Assembly: GCA_044358335.1 (NCBI GenBank)
Contig: JBIKOC010000001.1
Span: 1 to 28,446, forward strand
DNA length: 28,446 nucleotides
Origin: Flavobacteriales bacterium
GTDB taxonomy: Bacteria > Bacteroidota > Bacteroidia > M30B66
Direction of reading: 5' to 3'
A program made the position numbers and the translations under genes. Below the pieces are notes generated by a model. That model was given only the letters and a program-made list of their open reading frames with translations. It was not told the DNA's origin and did not search any database. Below are positions 1 through 8,216 of the stretch, piece by piece (the stretch's first letter is position 1; each line of letters opens with the position of its first letter).

Positions 1-1260
1 ACCCCAAGAAGCGGCATAAATATGTGATGCATCAGCTGGATCGATGGCGATTGAAACGATATCACGAATGAAATCAGAACTATAATTAAGTTTATAGTCT
101 TGCCAATTCAAGCCATCAAACTCAAACACCCCATCAATCGAATACAAAGGTGAATAGGCAACATCCCAAGATCCAGGAGCAACCCAAACTTTACCAGAGG
201 AAGATGCCAAACGAAAAACATTAGAAGTAGGTGGTCCCTCAACCGAGAATGGAGTATTGATAAAGACGTTTTGTGATTTTACCAAACATTGGTTTTTATC
301 TGCAATCCAAACGCGTTTCACATCAACCAAATCAATCACAGCATCTAAAGGGGAAGGCGGCAATAATATATCTGAATAAGAAAGCACATTTTCGATGTAC
401 AAACTACCTGAATCGACCATTGTTGCTCCATAATTGGTCGTATAAACCATACGCTCTGGTCGAGAATTTATGGAATGAATCGTTTGACCTGTTCGAAACA
501 CTTCCAACTGACCATCCTTTAATTGGTATAAGGTGTCAAGATCTTGAACATTGTCGACATAACGAGAAGTATAGATTGCTCCATCGAACCAAGTTAAATT
601 ATTGAGAGGTTTAGTACCAATAACTGGATCTTGCGTCCAAGCAACATAATAAGGTAATGCTGGATTGTTGATGTTGGCCGAAAATAGCCCTTTTGAAGTG
701 GCAGCATAGATTGTATTCACCCCATCAAATACTACATCGTGAATATCGGGATTGAGGAGAGATGGATAAAGCGTGGTGCGCACTTCGCGATTGGTCATGT
801 CGTAAACCACAATTCCAAAATTGCAGCATAGATAAGCTCGATCGTTGATGAATCGAATGGCATTAATGGTTTTTCCACCTTGCACAACAGTTGAGCGTTT
901 GATATCGCCCACATTTACAACTTCATTATTGCGGACTAAATCTAGATTTCCGTTTTTGTAACCAATTACTAAGGTGCTCGATTGTTCGTGATAATTGACG
1001 CAAGAAAGATTGATGTCGGTCAATCCAGTTGAGCGAGAAAGCCGTTCGGTTGTACCATCGTCTTTCTTATAAATGACCACACCATTATTGGTTGCACAAT
1101 AAACAAACTTAGCATTTTGGCAGACAGAGATTCCTCGGCTAAAAGGAAGATGTTCGCGCCATTCACCTATGGTAATGTTTCCGGCATTTTGAGCTTGAGA
1201 GCTCTGATACAGGAAGAATAAACTAATGAAAAGGAAAAAGAGCCGGTAATTCAGAATCAT
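1..1260 (-). CDS. porZ: PorZ-like T9SS beta-propeller protein, 5' part (runs off the left edge; absent from the ORF track)
   Basis: Manual translation from ATG at 1260: MILNYRLFFLFISLFFLYQSSQAQNAGNITIGEWREHLPFSRGISVCQNAKFVYCATNNG...LVIGYKNGNLDL. It has a signal peptide and the IGEWREHLPF start typical of PorZ. The same frame at 1-120 gives propeller-like FDGLNWQDYKLNYSSDFIRDIVSIAIDPADASHIYAASWG. The middle of the frame was not fully checked. Confidence 0.8.
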   Translation of the reverse strand, partial: MILNYRLFFLFISLFFLYQSSQAQNAGNITIGEWREHLPFSRGISVCQNAKFVYCATNNGVVIYKKDDGTTERLSRSTGLTDINLSCVNYHEQSSTLVIGYKNGNLDLVRNNEVVNVGDIKRSTVVQGGKTINAIRFINDRAYLCCNFGIVVYDMTNREVRTTLYPSLLNPDIHDVVFDGVNTIYAATSKGLFSANINNPALPYYVAWTQDPVIGTKPLNNLTWFDGAIYTSRYVDNVQDLDTLYQLKDGQLEVFRTGQTIHSINSRPERMVYTTNYGATMVDSGSLYIENVLSYSDILLPPSPLDAVIDLVDVKRVWIADKNQCLVKSQNVFINTPFSVEGPPTSNVFRLASSSGKVWVAPGSWDVAYSPLYSIDGVFEFDGLNWQDYKLNYSSDFIRDIVSIAIDPADASHIYAASWG

Positions 1261-1295
1261 AAAATGTGTGTCAGCTTCGATAAACGCACTGGGCG

Positions 1296-1303
1296 TAAAG
1301 ATA
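1296..1303 (-). promoter_or_regulatory. Possible -7 promoter variant (TATCTTTA) for porZ
   Basis: One mismatch to the Bacteroidetes TAnnTTTG consensus, 35 nt upstream of the porZ ATG. Confidence 0.35.
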
Positions 1304-1492
1304 TTTTATTTGAAGAAAGAACGTCTCATGTGGAGGAAGAAGAATTGAACGCCTTGTTCCCCGCTGGCTTCGACAGGCTATGCATGTTATGGAAATTTGA
1401 AATAATTGGATGTATTGAAAGAAAAAAATCTTCAATCACATAAAATCATTTACTTTTAAATACCCGCTAACATAACGCTCATAGGAAAAGGC

Positions 1493-1500
1493 TATTTTTG
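1493..1500 (+). promoter_or_regulatory. Bacteroidetes -7 promoter element (TATTTTTG) for the DUF349 gene
   Basis: Exact TAnnTTTG, 4 nt before the ATG at 1505. Confidence 0.55.
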
Positions 1501-1504
1501 ACCC

Positions 1505-3601
1505 ATGCAAACACCTGAAGAATCGCTCCACACACCGGAATCTGGCCCGAATGAAATGCCAGAACAATTAACTGCTCCTTCTATTGGAGATGCCGTAAAC
1601 ACTGAGCTTTCAGCCGAAAATGCTGCTGAAGTGATAGCTGAAACGGAGATTCCTGAAGAGATTCCATTTACACCTTCTCCCGAGGAAATTCCAGCGACAG
1701 AGCCAGCTCCGGCGGAAGAAAGTCCAGAACCAGAAGACACTCATGTGGAAACTGAAACAGAAGCTCCCACGGAAGTTATTCAGGAAAATGCTGTTTCAGA
1801 ACCCATTGCTGCTGAAGCATTGAAAGAGGAGGAAGAAGATGCTACAGAGGTAGATTTGCATGAAGATTTACAACCTTTAGTTGCATTTCAGGAGTTATCG
1901 CGAATTGAGCTAGTTACAGCCATGCAAGAGGCTGTTGATTCCGAAGATACCGATGGAATGCGTATGCGTGTTCGTGCGATTCGTGAAGGTTACTACAAAG
2001 TTAAGGATGAGGAAGTAGCTTTGAAGCGCCTCAAATTCATAGAGAATGGTGGATTGGCAGAAGAATTTGAAGTTCTCCGCGATGAAACTGATGAGCAGTT
2101 TGATGCTTTAGTAAAACGTTTTCAAGAGAAACGTGCTGAACAACGTCGCAAACGTGAACAAGAACTCATCACCAACCTGCGTAAAAAAGAAGGAATTCTA
2201 GCCGAGCTGAAAGCAATGCTCGAAAACACCGAGAACATATCAGCTAGCTTTGATCGCCTTCATGAATTACAAGAACAATGGCGCTCAATTGGTTTAGTTC
2301 CTGTTCAGTATGTAGATGAGCTATGGAAAAACTACCATCATCATACAAACAATTTTTACGATATTATTAAAATCAATAAGGAACTTCGCGATTTAGATCA
2401 CAAGAAAAATCTCGAGTTAAAAACTTTGGTTTGCGAAAAAGCCGAGGATTTGTTGATGGAAGAGTCGATTACCAAATCACTCGATATTTATAAAAACCTA
2501 CAAGATCAATGGAAAGAAATTGGCCATGTAGCTCGCGAACACAGCGAAACCATCTGGGAACGCTTTCGTGCTGCTGGAGATAAATTATTCGATCGTCGTC
2601 GGGAATATATCCAACATCAAGAGAAAGACTATGGTGCTAACCTAGCACTGAAAAATGAGATTGTAGCAAAAGCCGAATCTTTCCTTCAAGAATTACCATT
2701 CAAGAGTCATCCACAATGGCAAGAAGCTTCTGAAAAGTTAGCTGCTTTACTAGAAGATTGGAAAAAAGTAGGATTTGCTTCTCGCAAGGACAATGAAGAC
2801 GTTTGGCAGAAGTTCAAAGGTATTCGCGATCAGTTTTATGCGGCGAAAGAAGAATTCTATAAAACCCTACGAAACGCACAAAACCACAATTACAAGTTAA
2901 AAGTGGATTTGTGTATGGAAGCCGAAGCATTGCGTGAAAGTTTAGATTGGAAAAAAACCGGAGAACGCTTACGTCAGCTTCAAGAATCTTGGAAAACGGT
3001 TGGTCCAGTTTCTAAGAAACACAACGATAAATTGTGGCAACGTTTCCGCACGGCTTGTGATTCTTTCTTCGAAAACAGAAACAAGCATTTTGCAGGAATG
3101 AACGATGAGCAAGATCTAAATCTTCAAAAGAAGAAAGACCTAATTGCTCGAGTAGAAGCATTTGTTCCGGGTGAAGATACTCCAGCAAATTTCGATGCGT
3201 TGAAAGCCTTCCAAAACGAATGGATGGAGATTGGTCACGTACCAATTAAGGAAAAAGACAAGCTCTACAAAGCATTTCGCACAGCGATTGACGCACAGTT
3301 TTCTAAGCTCAAAACCGATAGCGCAAACAACCGTCGGGAGCATTTCCGTTCACAGGTTAGCAGCATTAGCTCCGATAAAGGTGGGAAAGACAAATTGCAT
3401 CACCAGAAAGTTGTTGTTCAAGATAAAATCCGCAAGCTTCAAACCGATGTGCAAACGCTAGAAAATAACATCGGTTTCTTTGGTAATTCTAAGTCGAAAG
3501 CTGCCGAAGAAATGAAACGCGATATCGAACGCAAAATCAGCAAAGCGAAAGAAGAGATTGGACAACTGCACGATCAGTTGCGCATCCTTCAAGAAGTATA
3601 A
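1505..3601 (+). CDS. DUF349 domain protein with an acidic low-complexity N-terminus
   Basis: 698 aa. Repeated helical units of the W..IG.V.......LW.RF..A...FF type (QWRSIGLVP, QWKEIGHVAREHSETIWERFRAAGDKLF, WKTVGPVSKKHNDKLWQRFRTACDSFF). First ~120 aa are Glu/Pro/Ala-rich. Alternative start at 1556. Confidence 0.85.
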   Translation: MQTPEESLHTPESGPNEMPEQLTAPSIGDAVNTELSAENAAEVIAETEIPEEIPFTPSPEEIPATEPAPAEESPEPEDTHVETETEAPTEVIQENAVSEPIAAEALKEEEEDATEVDLHEDLQPLVAFQELSRIELVTAMQEAVDSEDTDGMRMRVRAIREGYYKVKDEEVALKRLKFIENGGLAEEFEVLRDETDEQFDALVKRFQEKRAEQRRKREQELITNLRKKEGILAELKAMLENTENISASFDRLHELQEQWRSIGLVPVQYVDELWKNYHHHTNNFYDIIKINKELRDLDHKKNLELKTLVCEKAEDLLMEESITKSLDIYKNLQDQWKEIGHVAREHSETIWERFRAAGDKLFDRRREYIQHQEKDYGANLALKNEIVAKAESFLQELPFKSHPQWQEASEKLAALLEDWKKVGFASRKDNEDVWQKFKGIRDQFYAAKEEFYKTLRNAQNHNYKLKVDLCMEAEALRESLDWKKTGERLRQLQESWKTVGPVSKKHNDKLWQRFRTACDSFFENRNKHFAGMNDEQDLNLQKKKDLIARVEAFVPGEDTPANFDALKAFQNEWMEIGHVPIKEKDKLYKAFRTAIDAQFSKLKTDSANNRREHFRSQVSSISSDKGGKDKLHHQKVVVQDKIRKLQTDVQTLENNIGFFGNSKSKAAEEMKRDIERKISKAKEEIGQLHDQLRILQEV

Positions 3602-3619
3602 GCTGAACGATACTATGAG

Positions 3620-3652
3620 AAGCCCTTTCAAGCAATTGGAGGGGCTTTTTTA
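3620..3652 (+). terminator. Intrinsic terminator after the DUF349 gene
   Basis: AAGCCCTTTCA-agcaat-TGGAGGGGCTT stem (with G-U pairs) followed by a T run, 18 nt after the stop. Confidence 0.75.
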
Positions 3653-3716
3653 TGAATCGATGTACGATTTACGTATTTCGATTTACGAAAGGTTTGATAG
3701 GACAAGCATTCGTTGA

Positions 3717-3751
3717 CCTCACCCCCACCCCCTCTCCACAAGAGAGGGGAG
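3717..3751. repeat. REP-like element CCTCACCCCCACCCCCTCTC-cacaa-GAGAGGGGAG
   Basis: 8-bp perfect stem CCCCTCTC (3729-3736)/GAGAGGGG (3742-3749) preceded by CCTCACCCCCACC. It resembles the widespread CCTCACCCCnnCCCTCTCC...GGAGAGGG dispersed repeat (from memory). Confidence 0.6.
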
Positions 3752-3792
3752 TTTATTATATGTAATTTAATACTCAGATGATTTTCTCGTAT

Positions 3793-4140
3793 ATCGTAAA
3801 TCAGTATTAAGTATGGTGTACGAAGTATTACGAAATTCGATAGGACAAGCATTCGTTTTCAAATCTAAATCTCTAAGCGAAATTCAACAACCTAGCAGTT
3901 TTCTCGTACATCTTAAATCGTATAGCGAAGCGGTCGTAAATCGGCTCAAGCAGATTTTCTCGTAAATCGCACATCGTATAGCGAAGCGATCGTAAATCAG
4001 TATTAAGTATAGAGTAAGAAGTATTACGAAATTCGATAGGACAAGCATTCGTTTTCAAATCTAAATCTCTAAGCGAAATTCAACAACCTAACAGTTTTTC
4101 TCGTATATCGTAAATCGTATAGCGAAGCGGTCGTATATCG
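3793..4140. repeat. Two near-identical ~151-bp direct repeats (3793-3943 and 3989-4140) inside a larger heptamer-rich mosaic array
   Basis: The shared core GAAGTATTACGAAATTCGATAGGACAAGCATTCGTTTTCAAATCTAAATCTCTAAGCGAAATTCAACAACCTA is identical in both copies; offset ~196 bp. Confidence 0.95.
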
Positions 4141-4143
4141 AGT

Positions 4144-4437
4144 TTATACGTGATTCTCAATATCCATTATTTCATGAAGAACTCGAATGACTTCTAATTC
4201 GTTTTGCTTACTATTTACTTTATAAAATATTAAATGAGATTTGACTTTTGAACGCCAATATCCTTTGCGGATTTTTCCAAAATCAAATCCTGAATATGGA
4301 TTAAAGCAGAGATACTCAATTTCATCAAAAATTAAATTCAAATATCTTTTTGCTTGCTCGATTGACCAATTTTCGATTGTATAAAGCCAAATCTTCTCTA
4401 AATCACTTTCTGCTTCTTTACTAATCCTATAGGTCAT
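4144..4437 (-). CDS. parE: ParE/RelE-family toxin
   Basis: 97 aa. YRISKEAESDLEKIWLYTIENWSIEQAKRY...GYWRSKVKSHLIFYKV...EVIRVLHEIMD is the ParE pattern. ATGA overlap with the upstream antitoxin. Confidence 0.9.
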   Translation of the reverse strand: MTYRISKEAESDLEKIWLYTIENWSIEQAKRYLNLIFDEIEYLCFNPYSGFDFGKIRKGYWRSKVKSHLIFYKVNSKQNELEVIRVLHEIMDIENHV

Positions 4438-4682
4438 TTCTTTAAATGCTTTTCTTTCAGATTTTCTAAATAGGTATCCCGGTTAAAATCTGTGACGAAA
4501 CCCGATTTTTCACCTTTAATAAGTTCTTTTACTAGCTCAGCTTTCTTTGTTTCCTCTTGTTCAAACATTCTTAATGCCGTGCGAACTACTTCACTGGCGG
4601 AAGAATATTTTCCGGTCTTCACCAATCCGTTAATGAAATTGTCAAAGTAATCTCCAAGTAAAATTGATGTGTTCTTTGCCAT
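4434..4682 (-). CDS. parD: ParD-family ribbon-helix-helix antitoxin
   Basis: 82 aa. MAKNTSILLGDYFDNFI...GKYSSASEVVRTALRMFEQEE is the ParD/CC2985-type signature; it lies upstream of parE. Confidence 0.9.
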   Translation of the reverse strand: MAKNTSILLGDYFDNFINGLVKTGKYSSASEVVRTALRMFEQEETKKAELVKELIKGEKSGFVTDFNRDTYLENLKEKHLKK

Positions 4683-4696
4683 GACATTCTTTTTTA

Positions 4697-4718
4697 CAAA
4701 TATACCAATTCGTGGTAT
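4697..4718 (-). promoter_or_regulatory. parDE promoter (-7 TATATTTG) overlapped by an inverted-repeat operator ATACCA-N5-TGGTAT
   Basis: TAnnTTTG on the minus strand at 4704-4697. The 6-5-6 palindrome at 4702-4718 overlaps it. Confidence 0.6.
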
Positions 4719-4760
4719 TGAAAGTTGCGTTTCACCTAATTTTGCTACGCTGAATGAGCA

Positions 4761-5771
4761 TTAAGAATTTGGGTGAAGAGCAAACATCTTCTTCACCTCT
4801 TCCGCAATCTTACCCAAATCTTGGTCTTTCATGCAGCGGAAGTGCTTTTTAGGACAGTCGGCGTAGCCAATTTTAGAACATGGTCGGCAGGATAAATCGG
4901 TTACTTGCGAGATGAATTGTTGATCGCTTGTGAGAGGTAAATAGGGATACATACCAAACTCAGGAACGGTATTGCCCCAGATAGATATAATGGGTTTGTG
5001 AAAGGCGGCGGCAATGTGCATCAAACCGGTATCGTGCGTAAGAACTACGCGTGCTTGTTTTACCAAAGAGGCTGATTGTCCCAAAGAGATTTCACCACAG
5101 GTATTATAAGCTGCTTCGCCCAAATCGCGGGCAATGTGAGCACCAAATTCAGCTTCGGCTTTTCCTCCCAAGAGCACAATAGGCAAACCCATGCGCTTAC
5201 ACACGTCGCTGAGTTCCACTTCGGGCATACGCTTGGTGTTTTTTAATGCTCCGGTAACGACTGCCACATAACCGTTCTGATGCGATTGAGGCAATTGTTT
5301 TACATCATATTCATCTTCGGGACGAATAAAATAATCGAGTCCTATTGCATCGTTCTTCACTCCTAATTGAGCCACTGTAGCCAAATAGCGATCTACAATA
5401 TGCACATTGGGCAAGCGGTTGATGCGTAAATTAACGTACAGGTATTTCTCTACGTTGAGTTTTTTAAACGCTACTGATGGTCGACGCAAAGCCAACTTAA
5501 CCCGTTTGCTTCTAAAATTATGATGCAAATCGACCACTAAATCGAAACGTTGTTCTTTCAATTGGCGCAGTAATTCTTTGGGTTGTTCTTCCCAAAGCCA
5601 GACTTTGTGCAGATGCGGATTGGGCTCAAGAATGCTTTTAAAAGTCGGCTTGGTGAGGTAATGCAGCTCGGCATTGGGAAACTGCTTGGCCAAACAACGC
5701 ACAAGTGGCGTGGTGAGCACAATGTCGCCAATAGAGCTAAAACGAATGATTAAGATGCGCTGCACAGCCAC
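4761..5771 (-). CDS. Glycosyltransferase family 9 (heptosyltransferase-like)
   Basis: ILIIRFSSIGDIVLT, VVDLHHN, LTHDTGLMHIAAA, ISIWGNT and CRPCSKIG are GT9 motifs. GTG start. Confidence 0.9.
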   Translation of the reverse strand: MAVQRILIIRFSSIGDIVLTTPLVRCLAKQFPNAELHYLTKPTFKSILEPNPHLHKVWLWEEQPKELLRQLKEQRFDLVVDLHHNFRSKRVKLALRRPSVAFKKLNVEKYLYVNLRINRLPNVHIVDRYLATVAQLGVKNDAIGLDYFIRPEDEYDVKQLPQSHQNGYVAVVTGALKNTKRMPEVELSDVCKRMGLPIVLLGGKAEAEFGAHIARDLGEAAYNTCGEISLGQSASLVKQARVVLTHDTGLMHIAAAFHKPIISIWGNTVPEFGMYPYLPLTSDQQFISQVTDLSCRPCSKIGYADCPKKHFRCMKDQDLGKIAEEVKKMFALHPNS

Positions 5772-5830
5772 AAAACTAATGGTTTTTCGCAGCCTTGTTC
5801 TGCATCGATTGAATTCTGCACCTTTGCATC

Positions 5831-6607
5831 ATGCATACATTGAGCGATACACATACACATTTGTATCTTCCCGAATTCGACAACGATCGCAACGCCATGA
5901 TGCAACGCGCAATTGAGGCGGGCGTTACCGAGATTTATTTACCCAATGTGGATAGCGAAACCATTCCGCTCATGCATGCCATGGTGGATGCATTTCCACA
6001 ACATTGCTATCCTATGATGGGACTTCATCCTTGTTCGGTAAAGTCCGATACGATGGAAGAAGAATTAGCATTAGTAAAACATTGGCTTGATACACGCGAT
6101 TATGTGGCGGTAGGTGAAATTGGGCTCGATTTGTATTGGGATAAATCAACGCTCGATATTCAAATTGAAGCCTTAAAACGCCAGTGCGAATGGGCTTTGG
6201 AGAAAAACTTACCGGTGATTTTGCATTGCCGTGAATCGACTCCTCAAAGCATTGAAGTGATTCGTCCATTTGCAGAACGAGGCTTGAGAGGAATCTTCCA
6301 TTGCTTTTCGGGAAATGCAGAAGAGGCTCGCATCATTACCCAAATGGGCTTTTTATTGGGTATTGGCGGAGTACTTACTTTTAAGAAAAGCGGATTAGCA
6401 GAAGCGATTGCAGAAATCCCACTCGATTTTCTTGTGCTCGAAACCGATGCGCCGTATCTTGCTCCTGTTCCCTTTCGCGGCAAACGAAACGAAGCGGCCT
6501 ATATCCGGATTATTCTGGAAGCCCTTTCCGAAATTCGCCGTGTAGGAAAAAACGAATTGGCAACCATCACCACGGCAAATGCCCGCCGACTATTTAAACG
6601 CGCATGA
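5831..6607 (+). CDS. tatD: TatD-family hydrolase/DNase
   Basis: DTHTHL, GLHP, VGEIGLD, ILHCRES, FHCFSG and LETDAPYLAP motifs. Confidence 0.93.
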   Translation: MHTLSDTHTHLYLPEFDNDRNAMMQRAIEAGVTEIYLPNVDSETIPLMHAMVDAFPQHCYPMMGLHPCSVKSDTMEEELALVKHWLDTRDYVAVGEIGLDLYWDKSTLDIQIEALKRQCEWALEKNLPVILHCRESTPQSIEVIRPFAERGLRGIFHCFSGNAEEARIITQMGFLLGIGGVLTFKKSGLAEAIAEIPLDFLVLETDAPYLAPVPFRGKRNEAAYIRIILEALSEIRRVGKNELATITTANARRLFKRA

Positions 6608-7644
6608 GCAGAAAACCATCTGCATTAATTATATACACCGGTGGTACTATCGGTATGGTGAAAGACAGTCAAACCGGCTCGCTTAAACCCGTGAACTTCG
6701 AACGACTTCAGGCCAACATACCCGAAATCGAAAAGCTCGATATTGAGCTGGATATTTATACGTTCGAAAACACGATTGATTCGTCTAATGTGCAGCCAAG
6801 CGATTGGATTCGATTGGTGGAGGTGATTGAAAAAAACTACGATCGCTACGATGGTTTCGTGATTCTCCACGGTTCCGACACCATGGCTCATACAGCATCG
6901 GCACTGAGTTTTATGCTCGAAAATTTGAGCAAACCCGTGATTCTTACCGGTTCGCAATTACCCATAGGTGTGCTGCGTACCGATGCCAAGGAAAATTTCA
7001 TTACCGCGCTCGAAATTGCTGCTCTCAAAGAATTTGGGATGAGTAAAGTAAGCGAGGTGTGTATCTATTTTGAGTATCATTTGCTTAAAGGAAACCGAAC
7101 CACCAAGTTCAGTTCGAGTCACTTTAACGCCTTTGCTAGTACCAATTATCCAGCATTGGCTGAAGCTGGAGTGCAAATTCGTTTCAACGATTCCATCTTG
7201 AGGAAATACAATGGAAAGCCTACACTCTTTCACAAGAAACTAGATACCAACATAGCCATTCTCAAGATTTTCCCAGGCATGACGCCACAGTATGTGCAGG
7301 CAATCTTGACTATTCCAGGTTTAAAAGCAGTAGTTTTAGAAACATTTGGCTCTGGAAATGCACCGACCGAAGAGTGGTTTTTAGATGCTATTCGGAAGAC
7401 TATCGATAGTGGAATTTTGGTCGTAAACGTAACCCAATGCAGCAGTGGTGCAGTAGTTCAAGGAAAGTACAAAACCAGCTCAGACTTAGCACAAATGGGA
7501 GTTCTTGGCGGACAAGATATCACCACCGAAGCGGCCATAGCTAAACTCATGTTCCTACTAGCTAATTGTCCCGATTCAGAGAGTGTTCGCGAGCAATTCA
7601 TCCTTCCATTGCGCGAAGAAATGACACTTTTCGACTGGAATTGA
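6604..7644 (+). CDS. ansA: Type I cytoplasmic L-asparaginase
   Basis: TGGTIGM, HGSDTM, TGSQLP, KGNRTTK and ETFGSGN motifs; no signal peptide; ATGA overlap with tatD. Confidence 0.92.
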   Translation: MSRKPSALIIYTGGTIGMVKDSQTGSLKPVNFERLQANIPEIEKLDIELDIYTFENTIDSSNVQPSDWIRLVEVIEKNYDRYDGFVILHGSDTMAHTASALSFMLENLSKPVILTGSQLPIGVLRTDAKENFITALEIAALKEFGMSKVSEVCIYFEYHLLKGNRTTKFSSSHFNAFASTNYPALAEAGVQIRFNDSILRKYNGKPTLFHKKLDTNIAILKIFPGMTPQYVQAILTIPGLKAVVLETFGSGNAPTEEWFLDAIRKTIDSGILVVNVTQCSSGAVVQGKYKTSSDLAQMGVLGGQDITTEAAIAKLMFLLANCPDSESVREQFILPLREEMTLFDWN

Positions 7645-7674
7645 TTCAATATTTATTCAATGCTGCTCTTATGC

Positions 7675-7705
7675 CCCTGAATTAGATTCAGGGAACGTTT
7701 TTTTT
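7675..7705 (+). terminator. Possible terminator after ansA
   Basis: CCCTGAAT-tag-ATTCAGGG stem, with a T8 tract starting 4 nt later (imperfect geometry). Confidence 0.45.
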
Positions 7706-7707
7706 CC

Positions 7708-7715
7708 TAGTTTTG
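7708..7715 (+). promoter_or_regulatory. -7 promoter element (TAGTTTTG) for the tRNA
   Basis: Exact TAnnTTTG, 24 nt upstream of the tRNA 5' end. Confidence 0.6.
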
Positions 7716-7739
7716 CCGTCCCGTTTAAGGGAATTATCA

Positions 7740-7826
7740 GGAGACTTGTCAGAGTGGTCGAACGAGCAAGCCTGGAAAGTTTGTATACGGGTAACTGTAT
7801 CGAGGGTTCGAATCCCTCAGTCTCCG
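7740..7826 (+). tRNA. tRNA-Ser(GGA)
   Basis: Acceptor GGAGACT/AGTCTCC; D loop AGTGGT; anticodon arm CAAGC-CT-GGA-AA-GTTTG; long variable arm; T arm GAGGG-TTCGAAT-CCCTC; discriminator G. CCA is not encoded (CCT follows). Confidence 0.97.
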
Positions 7827-7827
7827 C

Positions 7828-7866
7828 CTTCGCCCGCCGAAGCGGGCTTCGGCGGATAATATCCGC
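7828..7866. repeat. GC-rich REP-like palindrome cluster directly 3' of the tRNA
   Basis: Perfect 10-bp IR CCGCCGAAGC (7834-7843)/GCTTCGGCGG (7846-7855). Overlapping alternative stems CTTCG/CGAAG (7828-7842) and GCGGAT/ATCCGC (7852-7866). Confidence 0.75.
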
Positions 7867-7869
7867 TGC

Positions 7870-7909
7870 AAAAACCCAGTAAGGATTTAATCCTTACTGG
7901 GTTTTTTTT
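7870..7909. terminator. Strong bidirectional-type intrinsic terminator
   Basis: AAAAACCCAGTAAGGATT/AATCCTTACTGGGTTTTT perfect long IR with A and T tails. Confidence 0.9.
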
Positions 7910-7933
7910 ATTTTAGTGAATATATTATTCTTT

Positions 7934-8173
7934 ATGTGGTTTTATGTTTATATACTAGAGCTTAGTAATAGTAAGCATTATGTTGGTTGTACAATTAATT
8001 TGAAGGAACGCTATCGTAGGCATTCTAATGGCAATGTGAGATCAACTAAACCTCATTTACCTGTCAAACTACTTTGGTGTTGTTCCTTTCCGAATAGGTA
8101 TATGGCTTATAAATTTGAGCGCTATATGAAATCTGGTTCGGGAAGGGCGTTTGCTACCAGACATCTATATTGA
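7934..8173 (+). CDS. Small standalone GIY-YIG nuclease
   Basis: 79 aa from ATG 7934 (the track extends it to 7916). FYVYIL...HYVGCT..LKERYRRH...G...T...P...AYKFERYMKSGSGR; the motif Tyr, Gly, Arg and Glu residues are present. Confidence 0.9.
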   Translation: MWFYVYILELSNSKHYVGCTINLKERYRRHSNGNVRSTKPHLPVKLLWCCSFPNRYMAYKFERYMKSGSGRAFATRHLY

Positions 8174-8180
8174 GAAAAGG

Positions 8181-8216
8181 ACTACGTCCGCCGAAGTAGG
8201 CAAAGTCGGACGTAGT
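8181..8216. repeat. REP-like palindrome 3' of the GIY-YIG gene
   Basis: Perfect 10-bp IR ACTACGTCCG (8181-8190)/CGGACGTAGT (8207-8216). Contains CCGCCGAAG (8188-8196), shared with the upstream palindrome. Confidence 0.7.

Noticed and set aside
273-605. 110-aa + strand ORF
   Set aside because: Antisense shadow of porZ; no recognisable motif.
1367-1379. GCTTCGACAGGCT, resembling half of a CTTCGACAGGCTCAG-type REP
   Set aside because: Only 13 nt with no partner arm; cannot be told from chance.
3696-4053. CRISPR-like appearance of the three 19-bp repeats
   Set aside because: The repeat is too short, the intervals are 143 and 196 bp and themselves repetitive, and no cas genes are present.
3628-4058. 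Two small minus-strand ORFs (74 and 61 aa)
   Set aside because: They are translations of the repeat array and REP element, with no protein-family features.
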